DNA of 62,943 bases, the filler included, from Hausera hauseri (taxonomy: Eukaryota): the NCBI GenBank assembly GCA_046269625.1. It is 11 parts of 11 records of this genome, joined end to end, with 100 filler letters (N's around TTAATTAATTAA, not from the genome) between each part and the next. Parts side by side here need not be neighbours in the genome. Positions count along the whole stretch, not along the records: positions 31,706 to 36,201 come from JBJURY010553783.1; positions 36,302 to 43,640 come from JBJURY010021230.1; positions 43,741 to 49,012 come from JBJURY010294058.1; positions 49,113 to 53,768 come from JBJURY010487798.1; 7 more parts are not named here. The stretch is one strand, 5' to 3'. Position 1 is the first letter of the stretch, and every line of letters starts with the position of its first letter. A program made the translations under genes and the position numbers. The notes under the pieces were generated by a model. That model ran no database searches. It was given only the letters and a program-made list of their open reading frames with translations, and was not told the origin of the DNA. Positions 35,101 to 49,936 of the stretch are shown here, one piece after another.

Positions 35101-35955
35101 ACAAACTTCGTAGGAACCCATCGAGCCCTCAGCAATGTTGATTGGGATGCTGTATTAGCCGTTGCCACCACCCAAAAAATCCGATGGAAGTTTAGCCCTC
35201 CATCCGCCGCCTGGTGGGGCGGGTGGTGGGAAAGATTAATTCGAATGCTCAAACAACTTTTAAGAAGGGTCTTAGGCCAAGCGTGTTTGACTTATGAGGA
35301 ACTCAACACGATTTTATGTGACTGTGAAGCAGTGATTAATTCACGACCTATCACCTATGTGTCAGAAGATGTAGAAGACCCCGCTCCTTTGACCCCTTCT
35401 ATGTTTCTACATGAGTTGCCTTCCTGTGGAATGCCGGATATTGACGCTGTAGATGGACAAGAGCTCAACAGACGAGCAAAGTACCTGCAACGAATTAGAG
35501 AAGTTCTGAGAAAGAGATTCCGAAATGAGTACCTTGGCCAATTACGCCAAAGCAGATTGAAGGGGAAAAATTGTAAACAGTATTATGTAGGTGATGTTGT
35601 ACTCCTAGAAGATGCTAGAAAGCAACGAATTCACTGGCCTTTGGCACGAGTGATCGAGATTTTTCCAGGCAAAGACAGTATTGTGAGAATAGCTAAAGTT
35701 AGAACACAATCTGGTATTCTACTACGTCCAGTACAGAAACTGTACCCACTTGAAATTCTTGACAAGGAATCAAGTAATTTTCAAGAAAGGACTGTTCCAG
35801 TGCCCAGCAGATCTGATCATGACCTTCCAGTCGTCCAGGACACTAAATTCCGCACAAAGAACCACACAGATATTCCTGTTGTGAAGCCTCCCGTAGTAAC
35901 CAGATCCGGTCGCACCGTAAGACCACCTGAGAGACTGAACCTGCTTCTAAATTGA
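32119..35955 (+). CDS. BEL/Pao LTR retrotransposon Pol (protease part, RT, RNase H, integrase, C-terminal DUF5641-like region); 5' truncated
   Basis: LLLGAD, ETKLGW, HYLPHRPV, SLNDCL.KGP, DIEKAFLQ, FYVDN, FDPIG, FCDAS, TIPRLEL, DLAGP, SDNGTNF, WWGGWWERL in one 1278-aa frame. Confidence 0.96.
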   Translation: MCACQTFSPKSSSNIVYHVKRLSSVDRNRKYSCEVELFDERKICSSIPRVGNMNCIKELRKKGIFISDVLEKENSILFDENPQEVHLLLGADVVGSLFTGKIEHLSWRELVAIETKLGWTLMGKMGTGSTNTENSLSTLSLSLHVADAKLADLWRLDTLGILDNEENKNKSMFEDEAIKYFLNTVKRDKEGRYEVSLPWVLDSCILPSNRNLAEKCLHKIDKKLLSSNKREDYDKIFKHWESNDIIERVPDKYTMKESGTHYLPHRPVIKETSETTKIRPVYNASARMKNAPSLNDCLTKGPNLIEIIPSILNRFRKYPIGISSDIEKAFLQISVQENDRDFLRFLWFDDENNTKVYRHKRVVFGLTSSPFLLAATLNYHLDQVPEELAETAQRLRDSFYVDNSVLSLNSTEEIEKFIMESQMILSSACFNLRCWRSNLPNALISQPETKSKNCPVLGMIWNLENDTLTCKIEETCEETSDFMTKRKVLSVAQRIFDPIGVTAPVVLVAKEILQKTWLQKLKWDEELPASLRKKFQSWYNQLYLLSQLSVPRWLNIHRYNEDRSSLHVFCDASQRAYATCVYLRIETASEVKVQLINARSRVAPLKPMTIPRLELLSCVIGARLVSTVSSDLNIPNIKIVLWSDSTTALGWINRDQQWGTFVHNRVKEIRSLTTPSCWRHIPGNMNAADLPSRGCSAEQLVKSKWWKGPSLLYLPESEWPQTDEKADEELLAAENRKTVLTVLDNDNRDSNWYYKYFSSYKKVIRMIAWIFRFYNNVKGSERNMSSNLSVCEIEKAEKSVCRLIQKDSFEGLTDNSIRSLRPIVDKNGILRAKTNVVYRKDFRYPIILPSKHPVVHLLIFERHIELQHAGVTTLMANLRENYWILKSRKTVRGVISKCIKCKRFNVSHSETEPGIPPEDRVRDAAIFEVVGVDLAGPLYLKDNKKSWIVLFTCANYRAVHLELVTSLSSEAFIQSLRRFIARRGKPHIVYSDNGTNFVGTHRALSNVDWDAVLAVATTQKIRWKFSPPSAAWWGGWWERLIRMLKQLLRRVLGQACLTYEELNTILCDCEAVINSRPITYVSEDVEDPAPLTPSMFLHELPSCGMPDIDAVDGQELNRRAKYLQRIREVLRKRFRNEYLGQLRQSRLKGKNCKQYYVGDVVLLEDARKQRIHWPLARVIEIFPGKDSIVRIAKVRTQSGILLRPVQKLYPLEILDKESSNFQERTVPVPSRSDHDLPVVQDTKFRTKNHTDIPVVKPPVVTRSGRTVRPPERLNLLLN

Positions 35956-35990
35956 GATCCTCCAAGATGTCGGACCTCAAGGTGGGAGGA

Positions 35991-36201
35991 TGTTACGTCT
36001 AGTAGCGCGGCCAATAGCCAATGCGGACGTCTACGCGAGACCAGCGCCACCTAGAAAAACAGAACTGTACACAATGAGTCGAGTATAAGAACGCGAGTAG
36101 ACAAGATGATATATTTGTAAGATTCAGTGTGAATATTTGATGTAAATCGTAATAAATGTTAATTTTTTATAATTTACAAAGGCTGTAGTGTCAACTGAGT
36201 C
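35991..36201 (+). repeat. 3' LTR of the BEL element (truncated by contig end)
   Basis: PPT GGTGGGAGGA immediately followed by TGTTAC; TATAAG and AATAAA inside. Confidence 0.75.
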
Positions 36202-36301
36202 NNNNNNNNNNNNNNNNNNNNNNNNNNNNNNNNNNNNNNNNNNNNTTAATTAATTAANNNNNNNNNNNNNNNNNNNNNNNNNNNNNNNNNNNNNNNNNNN
36301 N

Positions 36302-39472
<3,171 letters not shown>

Positions 39473-39620
39473 GTAATTGATCTGTTGATTTATGGGACTT
39501 AGGGGCGGGCGGGTGGGCAGGCGGACGAATTGAACAAGTGCTAATATTTGATATTTTCGTATTTTTTTTAATAATTAAAATTGTTAGAATTTGTCGAATA
39601 GAGATAACATAAAATATTTA

Positions 39621-40240
39621 CAGAGTGTCCCATAAGTTACGACTACATGCAAAAAATTGAAAATTCATCTTTCATTCTTTGCCAGAAAGTACAAAACATG
39701 TCAGACATTATAAGGATGAACTTGAAGTGCAGACGGGGAAAAGTGTGTCGAGTAATAGCAGCTCGATTTTTGGCTTAATGATTTCCCATAGGGCATTATC
39801 ACATGAGATGAGCGGGCCACGGAGATGTTTCGCTGAAATGGGGGATGTTGTTTGATTTGTAGCCTGAAGTATGGATTTTGCTTTTGCACAGCTCCTCTGC
39901 CTTCAGAATAAATAGCGGGTATTCATCTGACAAAACAGATTCTCGTACTTTGCCAAATCTGGTTTGGTGATCATCCTTGGAGACGTATATCAAGTTCGTT
40001 TGACCTCTGTCATGCTCATCACCTCGCTCATTTGGTCATCCTGATGAACACGTTCTCCTGTCAATTAACAATAACTCCAGAGTGAGGACGTTCCGCATTT
40101 CAATGGTCGGACTGAATTAATGGTCTTATCGCCTTCGTGATGCCAGCAGGCCACAAGACCGAATGTCACTCATACGAAATTTAGTGAATGAAAATATACA
40201 CAAAATGTGGTCGTAACTTATGGGGGGGGAGGACACTCTG
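39621..40240 (-). mobile_element. Internally deleted Tc1/mariner-superfamily element
   Basis: TIRs CAGAGTGTCC-CATAAGTTACGACYACAT at both ends, TA on both flanks, a WPA remnant on the minus strand. Confidence 0.85.
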
Positions 40241-41812
40241 TAGAGAATGGAAAACATTTCCTTTGTGACTTACCGTTCGACATCAACAAGTTCTGTAGTT
40301 GGTTGCCTTTTGCCAAAGTTTTCATGGGTTGATATCGAATCCCTGTCGATTACAATTATCTTTTGTTCGAACGAATCTTTACTTAAAATCTTTGGGCGCT
40401 TTCTGCTGAATAACATTGTCATGGAAACATTTGTCGAGAAATGCTTACGAATATTAAACAGAAAGTTGGTAATTCGACGAACACTGACTTTGAAATGCTG
40501 TTGGGCGAAAAATGCCTAAATTGTCTTTGTGTACGCACTTTCCCGGGGAATAGAGTAAAAATGCCGAATTTGTGGCGGCGGGGGGTATGAAACAAGTACC
40601 GAATGGAGACAACATTTTGTTTGAGTACTGTGAAATTTAACGGGTCGACATTTACCGAAAATATTTCGAGTTTTACGAAATTATCCTCGATATTCGATGG
40701 AATTTTTAATAAATCTGCTGTTTTATTTCGTTATTTGAATTTCCAAATGGTGTCTGGTTTCAATCGATGAGTTTACACGGTTAAAGTGTTCTATTTCATG
40801 AAGATATGTGCATTATTTCAAGGAGACATTCATAGGACATTTAAGAGACGCAATAAAATTTTCATTCGTACATAATCCATGAATCTGTAGGGAACTATTC
40901 GGTGAAGGTCTCAACTGGGCTGGATGTACCATTATTATTCTATTGGGACAACAAAAACGATTTGAAGCTCTGGACATAGGTGGCCATTTAATGCGCGTAC
41001 AGAAAAGTGACCAAAAGACAGACACGGCGGAAAATGTGGTTCGTTTGTTATCATCTGAATATCATCATCATTCGTCAATGTAATGTAGTCATTGGAAAGA
41101 TTGGCTAATCGTATCCGTCGATTTAACACACTCAACATGCAGATATTCTCCACTCTCAATCGCTACCTTTACCCTGTGGACCGTTACGCTGCCCTTTGTG
41201 AGGCAGTACGTCATTTCCCGACACCCATGTACCAGGTGTCCGGTGTACATCTCTAATTGATGTCATTGCCGAATGGCAACGCATATATGATACTTGCATT
41301 TGTTTGTTGAAATATGCCTTTTTTGTCTTTTCATTGGTGGGGGTTATCGGCATTTCTGGCATAAGTATGAGTAATTTTCCAAACTATGTAAACACCGCTT
41401 ATTCGTCACAAATTTTAATGTTTATCCATTGGTAACCAACTTGTGAGGAAATGTCGTAATATTAAGTAAATTATTTTATTTGATAAACATTTGTTTATAT
41501 GAATTAATGACTAGTTAAATTGATTCATTGATATTATTGATAAGAGATACAAATTTATAGCTCAGTCAAAAATTTTTGATAAAAATAATTAACTTAATAT
41601 TTGACAAAACTTGTTTCAATATCAAATGCTGTTGTCAAGTGTAATTATTGTAAAAATAGTGACGTGAGTAGCATTGTTGACTTTGACATGATATTTGCTG
41701 TATCATTTCTTCAGGCGCTTGAGGAGGGGGAGTACATGAAATGTCAATTTTCCATTTGTTGCCTTGGTAAACCATACTACCTCTCTATTGATCTGTAATT
41801 CAACATTATCTA

Positions 41813-43397
41813 CCTCTTCCTTGGCAATTCGCATCTTGTCATCCACATTTGCGAATACAGTTGGTTCGTAGAAAAACCCTTTCTGACCGAATCGTTTACC
41901 ACCAGTACAAAGTTTGGCACCTTCCGATTTACCACTTTCAACGAGATTGGCAATTTTTTTCAATTGACTTTCATCAATTTGAGCACCCTAAATGATCGAA
42001 ATGTAGATAGAAAACTATATATTAGAAAAATATTCAAATGAAACTATTGGCACTTATTCAGTATATGAGTTTCCAATATACATGTTTGTTTCTCCAATAG
42101 TAACAATCGCAATTTCGAAAAATAATCTTTTAATAAAATGCTCCTTTACTTTTTCGATCAATAATCGACTTGATTAAAAAACATTTCGGTAGTTTGTCAC
42201 TGTTCATGTGTAAACATTAACAACTCGAATATATAATTCGACAGAACATCCCCTGTACATTTACCTGATCCACGTCTCCAAATGGGTCCCCCAGAACTTT
42301 CGATTTCGCATACGCCACCATGGCTTCAACAAATTTGTCATAGATCTTCTCCTCCACAAACATTCGAGATCCAGCACAACAACATTGTCCTTGATTAAGA
42401 AACAGAGACACGTGACCTCCACGAATGGCATTATCAACTGAAATGAACAAATGATTTTTGTGTTGGGAATTCCATTTCTATTTTAAGTAACAAAATTTGA
42501 TACTATAAATAGACGGATATGAAATGATTTATAAAACGTGCAATTCAAACATGAACAGAATTACAATTAGCATCTGCAAAGACGATTACGGGACTTTTGC
42601 CACCCAATTCCAGAGACACCCGTTTTATGTTATTTTCGTTGGATACCTTGGCAACGCGTTGACCAATTTCTGTGCTACCTGTAAAAGCAATTTTGTCTAC
42701 CAATGGATGCAGGCACAGTGGTTCACCAGCTGTAGGTCCATATCTGATATATCATTTGTAGATTTTGCGTATGAAACTAAAATTATTTACCCTGGAACTA
42801 TATTTATGACACCAGGAGGAAATCCTGCCTCCACAGACAATTGTGCTACGTAATTCGCCGTCAATGGAGTCTGTTCAGCTGTTTTTAAAACAAGTGTATT
42901 GCCCATTGCCAATGCCGGTGCCAGTTTCCACGCCTGCATCAACAACGGGAAGTTCCATGGGATTATTTGGCCGCAAACTCCAACTGGTTCATGTCTTGTG
43001 ATTCCCCAATGATCTCCACAGATTGGTATTACTTTTCCATGGTGTTTGTCTGCCCAACCAGCGTAATATTCATAGCACTTGATTGTTAATGGTAAATCAA
43101 TATTTCTACATTCCTTGTACGTCTTTCCATTGTCCAGTATTTCTAGTGCCTAAATAATAATGAGATAATTATAACTCGTAATTCGATGGTTGTTCTAAAT
43201 AACCAATTATGTGTTATCAACTCATTCATTGGTTATTATAATTATTAAATTGGTACCGTTAAATATTCAACATCTCTCCGAATCAATTGGGCTAAATTGT
43301 AAATCAATCGACCTCTTTCAGATGCATCCATCCGTCGCCATGGAGAACCCAATTGGAAGGCATCATGCGCGGCTTGAACAGCATTATTAATATCATC
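41813..43397 (-). CDS. Aldehyde dehydrogenase (ALDH1A/ALDH2-like), five internal exons
   Basis: [76 protein letters not shown]. Confidence 0.95.
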
Positions 43398-43461
43398 CTG
43401 AAAATAATGTAATATGATTGTCGCGATCAGAATTTTATTATAAGGAATATAAAACGCCTAC

Positions 43462-43640
43462 ATTTTGGTACTTGTTCATAATGCTCCAAGTCTTATCCAC
43501 TCTATTGGTACTTGTGTATTATGTGATACATCTTATTGGTACTTGTGTATTATGTGGTACATTTTATTGGTACTTGTGTATTATGTGGTACATCTTATTG
43601 GTACTTGTGTATTATGTGGTACATCTTATTGGTACTTGTG
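43462..43640. repeat. 31-bp tandem minisatellite in an ALDH intron
   Basis: TATTGGTACTTGTGTATTATGTGGTACATCT at 43503, 43534, 43565, 43596, 43627; runs into the contig end. Confidence 0.92.
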
Positions 43641-44418
43641 NNNNNNNNNNNNNNNNNNNNNNNNNNNNNNNNNNNNNNNNNNNNTTAATTAATTAANNNN
43701 NNNNNNNNNNNNNNNNNNNNNNNNNNNNNNNNNNNNNNNNCTGTAGCCACTGTGCTCATCCTTAGACCAGATTGTATCTCTTTTGTTACAATAGATTCCA
43801 CATTTACCTGGTATCCATTGCCAAGTAACTGAACTTTCTTATTCACTGTCGTCTCGTTCGTTAGTCTGATGAAGTTTCTGCATTTGTTGTAGAGTTGGGC
43901 TACCTGTGACTGCCTGAGAGTCACTAACAATGGCAGCTTCCTATTGTTCATTTAGGCCATCCTTGAAGTCTTTCCAGATTTTTAAGAAGTTTCACTCAGT
44001 AGCTGTCATCTCTAAGGTGTAATCAGTACTCACCACGTGACATGTGTAGCCGGGTGCGGTTTTTTTTGGGCGGGAAGGGGCGGTAAGCTGTAATTGTTTC
44101 GTAAACAGCATTTACCTACAGAAGGTGCAAGTAACAACGTGAAGATAGGGCAGGGAAAGCTTCACGCAGGAAAGAGGAATGAAAAACGGACGATGTTGCG
44201 ACCACTGGGTCTTCATCAGAAACAAAAACACCCAACGAGGCAACTTATACGTGATAATCACATTCAGTTACATAGTTCATCAATGATGACTGCTAGTTTT
44301 GACAAAGAATTCTACCAAATATTTAAATTTAATAACAATATTGTTAACATTATCGGATTCATTAACTGTCATTAATAAATTCTACATAACCAATATAGCA
44401 TATTAAACAACAACGCAA

Positions 44419-47400
44419 TTGAATGATGTACTCGCTCAGGTGCGCAACCGATTGGTGGCCAAATTCCAACAATATCACTGCAAAGTGCAATATTATGCAC
44501 TTGCAGAATTTGAAAATTTGGAAGGCGACAGGAAACAATGGTACCTGTCACATCAAGTGATACCGTATTCTGAATGTTTTATTACCGACGTAGGTGAAAA
44601 GCTCCAGGAGAAAATCGTCAACTACACGGAAAAGGGTATTGGATGGCAAATTATACGAATTGTCACTCTCGGCTTTATCATAACAAAGTCAAGTGGTATA
44701 ATGTATTTATCTAAACGATCATTCATACCGACACCTGCAGCTCTGAAACAGTCTCTGGCGGTAGTGAATGTAAAAAATACTAACGATGAATACTGTTTTC
44801 TTTACAGTATTCTGGCGATATTGAAATATAACGAAGTGGACAGACAATGCGTATCGTCCAAAACAATATCAGAAATATTTTTCCGAATTGAATTTCGTTG
44901 ATAGCTGGATGTCGATGAAACTGAAATCCATTCCGAAATTTGAACGGCGTAATCCGACACTGACAATCAACGCGTTCCGGTACAACACAATCGTAGAATT
45001 ACCGGCGGATGAAGAAATTTACAGAAATCTTCATGTGGATATAATCTACCGTAGTCGGAAACCAAATGGCGGCCCAATAAATGTATTGCTATTGGAGCAA
45101 AAGGGAAAATTCCGTTACATTGCAATGACAAATCTGGACAGACTGTTCAACATGGAACATGACCAGTTCATCGAAAAGCGAATACGGTGTAAATGGTGTC
45201 CCGTGTGTCTGCACGGATTCAGATCAGAGACAACATGGGAGAAACACGTGACTCTGTGCAGACAAAATTCATTGGGAACCACAATGTATGTCATGCCCGT
45301 TAAAAAGGAACTCCGGTTCACTGACTGGTCAAAAACAGACAGTCCGGCATATGTGGTACATGCTGATATCGAAGCTATGTTACCACAGCACAACATATAT
45401 GACCAGAAATATGTTCCAATTGCTGTTGGTATGTTGTTTGTCCCAATAAAACTACGGTCAACCGCAGTATTACGTTTTTTATGGATGGAACTGCGTACGC
45501 GATTTCCTGCGTCAGTTGGAAGCAATAGTAGAAACGGAAGTCGCACCCTGGTACAGTAGACATAGCAATAGACATTTGATGTTGTCAAATGAAGATGAAC
45601 GCCTGTCGTTTGCAATCACGGATGAATTTTACATGTGCCACAAAATATTACCGCTCGATACAGAGGAACGGCTCGTACCGGATCACGATCATTTTACCGG
45701 TCGATATCTCGGAGCAGCATGCAATTCATGCAATTTGGCAAGGTGTGTGCGGCCATTCCTACCGGTGGTATTTCATAACTTTCTAGCTTATGACTGTCAC
45801 AATATTTTGAAATGGACCATAAATGGATTTCCGCACTGGGAGCTATCCTTAATCCCAACAAAGATGGAGAAGTACTTGTCCCTATCTGCACGCATAAACC
45901 GGTTTCAGGTACGGTTTTTTGACTCATTGCAGCTCCTCAATGAGTCTCTAGGAAAGCTTGTAAGTGCCTTGCCGGATGTGCCGATAACGCTGACGCAGTT
46001 CCCTGCGCATATTGCACGTAGCAAAGGCATATTCCCATATGACTTTGTTGTGTCATACGAGCGGCTTCAGACGACAGAGCAATTGCCTCCACAATGGGCC
46101 GGAATCACACAGCACGAGTACCACGGAGCACAGGAAGAGTGGACAGAGCTCGGCTGCAGAAACATGTTGGAATACATGTTCCAGTACCTGCAACTGGACG
46201 TGTACTTGTTAGCCTACGTATTCCAAGCGTTTCGGGCTAAAGAGTTGGCGGAAGATAGGTTGGAACCGCTCAACTTTTACTCAATACCGGGAATGAGTTG
46301 GGCATCAGCTCTAATGTCACTTAATCGAGACAGTGAGCTGCTGCAAGACCCGGAACTATACCGGTTCTTTGACGTTGGCATTCGTGGCGGAATGACGTTT
46401 GTCAACAAACATCACGTAACCAGTGATGATACAACGTCAATGTTGTACATTGATATTAATAACCTGTACGGATGGACGCTTTCACAACCCTTGCCGTACG
46501 GTTCATTCAAATGGATAGTCGACAAACAGTACCTGGATACAATACTTGAAAATCTATCGAGGGCGGCAGACACTACAACAGCAGAAAACAGCTCAATCGG
46601 ATACCTGATGGAGGTCGATCTCGTGGTACCAGATGAGCTGCATGACTTTCTGGATTAACTACCGGTCGCATCAATTAGCCAATGTCCGCCGGGCTCCACG
46701 TGAAGAAGCTGCTCATGACGCATGAATCCAAGCAAAATTACATAGTTTATTGGCGTTTGTTGCAATTTTTACATGCAGCTGGGTGTACACGTCACACGGC
46801 TACATCGCGCAATCCGATTTGCTTAGACTACCATATTCAAGGCGTACATAGATGGAAATTGGGAAAAACGTGCCGCAGCTGGTACAAAGTTCGAAAAGGA
46901 CTACTACGAGCTGAAAAACAATTCCATGTACGGAAAAAGAGTGGAGAATCTGAAAAAGCGGGTCAACGTGCGCCTATATAACTCGGAAAAGCGGCTGTTT
47001 ACGTATATGAGTAAGGCGCGATTTCGCCGGGCAATGCAAATTGCCGATGGATTGGTTGCCGTGCTGTTAAACGGAGATGAAGTCGTTCTGGACCGGTCAA
47101 GTTACATCGGAAAAGTGGTATTGGACCTGAGCAAGCTCCTATATCTCGACTTAAAACGTTACGACGGCTGTGAAATCAATATCGTTGCCTGTGACACAGA
47201 CAGCTTTTTCCTTGAGCTGGAAAACGTCAATCGCGACCAACTGCTCTGGCAAATTATGGCAGATAGACTACTGGACACGTCTATTTACTCGCAAAATTAT
47301 CTGCTGTATAGCAACGCCATCATGAACAAAATCGGTTGCTTCAAGGACGAAAGCGAAGGCCGTGTTCAGTGCCGAGAATGGATATTCATGCGCCCAAAGT

Positions 47401-47555
47401 GCTTCAGTCTCCTGACGGACTGTGGACCGAAAATGCGTGCAAAAGGAGTTCAACTGTCCCAGACGGAAATCAGCCACGGTGATTATCGCCGAATCTATGA
47501 AGAAAAAGAAGGACAATCAAAGGCTGTTGTGTCGCAAACGATCATCCAAGCGTAA
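44419..47555 (+). pseudogene. Polinton protein-primed DNA polymerase B (family 1), frameshifted; paralog of 5904-9143
   Basis: NVKNTNDEYCFLYS, CPVC..H zinc finger, HADIEA, DHDHFTG..CNSCN, FHNF..YD, YIDINNLYGW, NSMYGK, DTDSF, FKDE, RPKC, RAKGV. Confidence 0.95.
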
Positions 47556-48049
47556 ATTTCCCCAATTTTCATATTGGTGATTTAACGCTGTGCAGATCCT
47601 TGTATTCTTTCAACTTCAATGTTAAATGGCCTTTAGCTCCTTCCGGTAGAAAAACTGCTGCTGCTGTGCTGCTGTTTCTTTGCCATGTGAACTGACAATT
47701 TTCGCCATATTTCCTATGAGAAAAATCGACGATGTATCTCGGATATCGTTACTACAACGCTAAACGCGTTGCGCAGATAATGTAAGTTGTATCCATTATA
47801 CAACCGGGAATTTCTGATCGAATATTCGCTGTACCGTGGCTTTTTGAGAGACTGTCACCACCTGCTGAATTGTTTTCCAAAGATATTGTTTAAAAGAAGA
47901 CAAACGTGAACTGAAATTACATCCGTATTTATATTAAAGGTCTGTTTTCATTTTAAACAATAGATATTTACTTTTTGAGTATTGTCTCACATCACAATGA
48001 TACAAAGTACCCCAACATCATTGAAGCCCATGTTCCGTTATTGAAGAAG

Positions 48050-48316
48050 TCATTCGTAATAAATGTGTACAATTTCCATTATAGCACATTTACACTCAGG
48101 ACATTGGTTGGTTACTTTGTTGGAACACATTTGACAAACAACGAGATGGCTGCACATTAAGAATACCGTACCTACTTTTCTTTGTTTACATAGTACACAC
48201 AAAAACTGACAATCTCGTACTTTGTCCATTATTTTGTCTTTCAAGTTCGTTAATTCACCGCGTACCTTTTTAACAGTGTTAAAGTAATTTATATCATACA
48301 ATCGGTGAATGTACAT
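48050..48316 (-). CDS. IAP/MDM2-type C3HC4 RING-finger protein
   Basis: CVLC...VFLMCSHLVVCQMC....CPECK.AI...IY at the extreme C-terminus; probably joined to 48289-48552 by a frameshift. Confidence 0.8.
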   Translation of the reverse strand: MYIHRLYDINYFNTVKKVRGELTNLKDKIMDKVRDCQFLCVLCKQRKVGTVFLMCSHLVVCQMCSNKVTNQCPECKCAIMEIVHIYYE

Positions 48317-49509
48317 TTGATTAATACAATAATTAGATTTTCTATAGAGCTAAAATATGTTTTTGTTGTTGTAATCAATGCCATTGACGCTAAATCTTCT
48401 TTAAATCCAAAATAACCTGCTTCTGTCGCAACCAGCTCACTATCGAGTACTTGCCACCATCGTACCAAGTCTGAAATTGATAATCCATAAAAATTTTGCA
48501 ATTTTTTCAGTTGATTAACTATTTCCATGATGATTAATATTATTAGTGACAATATTCAACTGACCAATACGGCGGACCTTATTTACGGAAAGAAAAAAGA
48601 AACAGAGAAATACATTTATTTATTTGCATGTAATATAGTCAATACAAAGCCGTAGACATTTTCTGTAAGCACAATGCGGTCCATGGTCACGATATTGACA
48701 CCGGATATTGTCAGGCACCATTGCCAGCGAGCTATTCGAATAAGTAGTCATTCGCAACTCTGGAAAATGAGAATGGAGTTGTATAAACTTTTGGCCGTCA
48801 ATTTGATTTTTAATGAAAAATATTGTATTTTCAATGTCAAAACCATCACAAATCTCTCCCATAATACATGTCGCACAGAAAATTAAATTGCCTTCATACT
48901 AATGAAGTCCATGACGATGTCAAAAGATAAGTCCATTTGTAATTTTCGCTTTTTCCGTCAGGTCTTTCCACACAACACCAGGTTTGAATATGTAAACAAG
49001 CGGTCCTAAAATNNNNNNNNNNNNNNNNNNNNNNNNNNNNNNNNNNNNNNNNNNNNTTAATTAATTAANNNNNNNNNNNNNNNNNNNNNNNNNNNNNNNN
49101 NNNNNNNNNNNNCTTATTTTTATTATAATTAAGTAATATTCTTATAATAAGTCACTTCCTTTTTTATTTTGGATAATAAATAATTCGGTTGTTGAACAAA
49201 GTACTTACATAATTGTTCGCAAGCTCTAATTATTTTCGAAATTCACGAGAATTTTTTCCAGCAAAATCAATTTTATCAACCCAGAAAATACGAACTCAAA
49301 TTATACTTGACTTTAAAAATGGGAAGATAATATTTTTAGTTTAATGAAAATGTCAATGACCGACAACAGGCAACATGTAAAAAAATGAAGGAAACAAAGT
49401 AACAACTCATTAAGAAGCTAAATCTATTAACAGAGTATTTTACAAATATGAAGTAATTTTTTTTCAATCATCATAATCAGTCATCATTCAGTTCGTAATG
49501 AGGATCATG

Positions 49510-49910
49510 AGTATTCATGAGCTCGAGTAAATATGCCATCATGCAAAATCAGTCTTTTGTCATCAAAAGCATTAAGGCATTTTTTGTATTGGTCAATTGT
49601 CGTGACAAAATGATTTTGGGATCAGATGGATTTCATGGCTGAAAGTAGCAATGTTTCATTTCTAAGGCAATCTACATAATCGTCGAGTGTAATTTTCTTA
49701 TCCAATGTTGCCCTCTGTACACCTTTTGCTCTTTTTTAGCATGTTTCTCTACATCCAAGGTATAAATTTTCGGTCCCAATCCAACAAATTTTCTTAATTT
49801 TGCTACAAACCTCATCATTGAATTTACTCAATACTACCTTGTTAATTGCTGAATAAATGATATGGTCCTTAGGATAATCGGAATTATCAATATAATATGG
49901 CAAATAAATA
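49510..49910 (-). pseudogene. pPolB C-terminal fragment (family 2) just downstream of a PGM2 exon
   Basis: [33 protein letters not shown]; co-linear at nucleotide level with 4800-5230. Confidence 0.85.
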
Positions 49911-49936
49911 AAATCGTTGGATACGAAAATTAACTT

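Noticed and set aside
43462-43640. 31-bp repeats as a CRISPR array
   Set aside because: Units are contiguous with no unique spacers, there are no cas genes, and they lie in a eukaryotic intron
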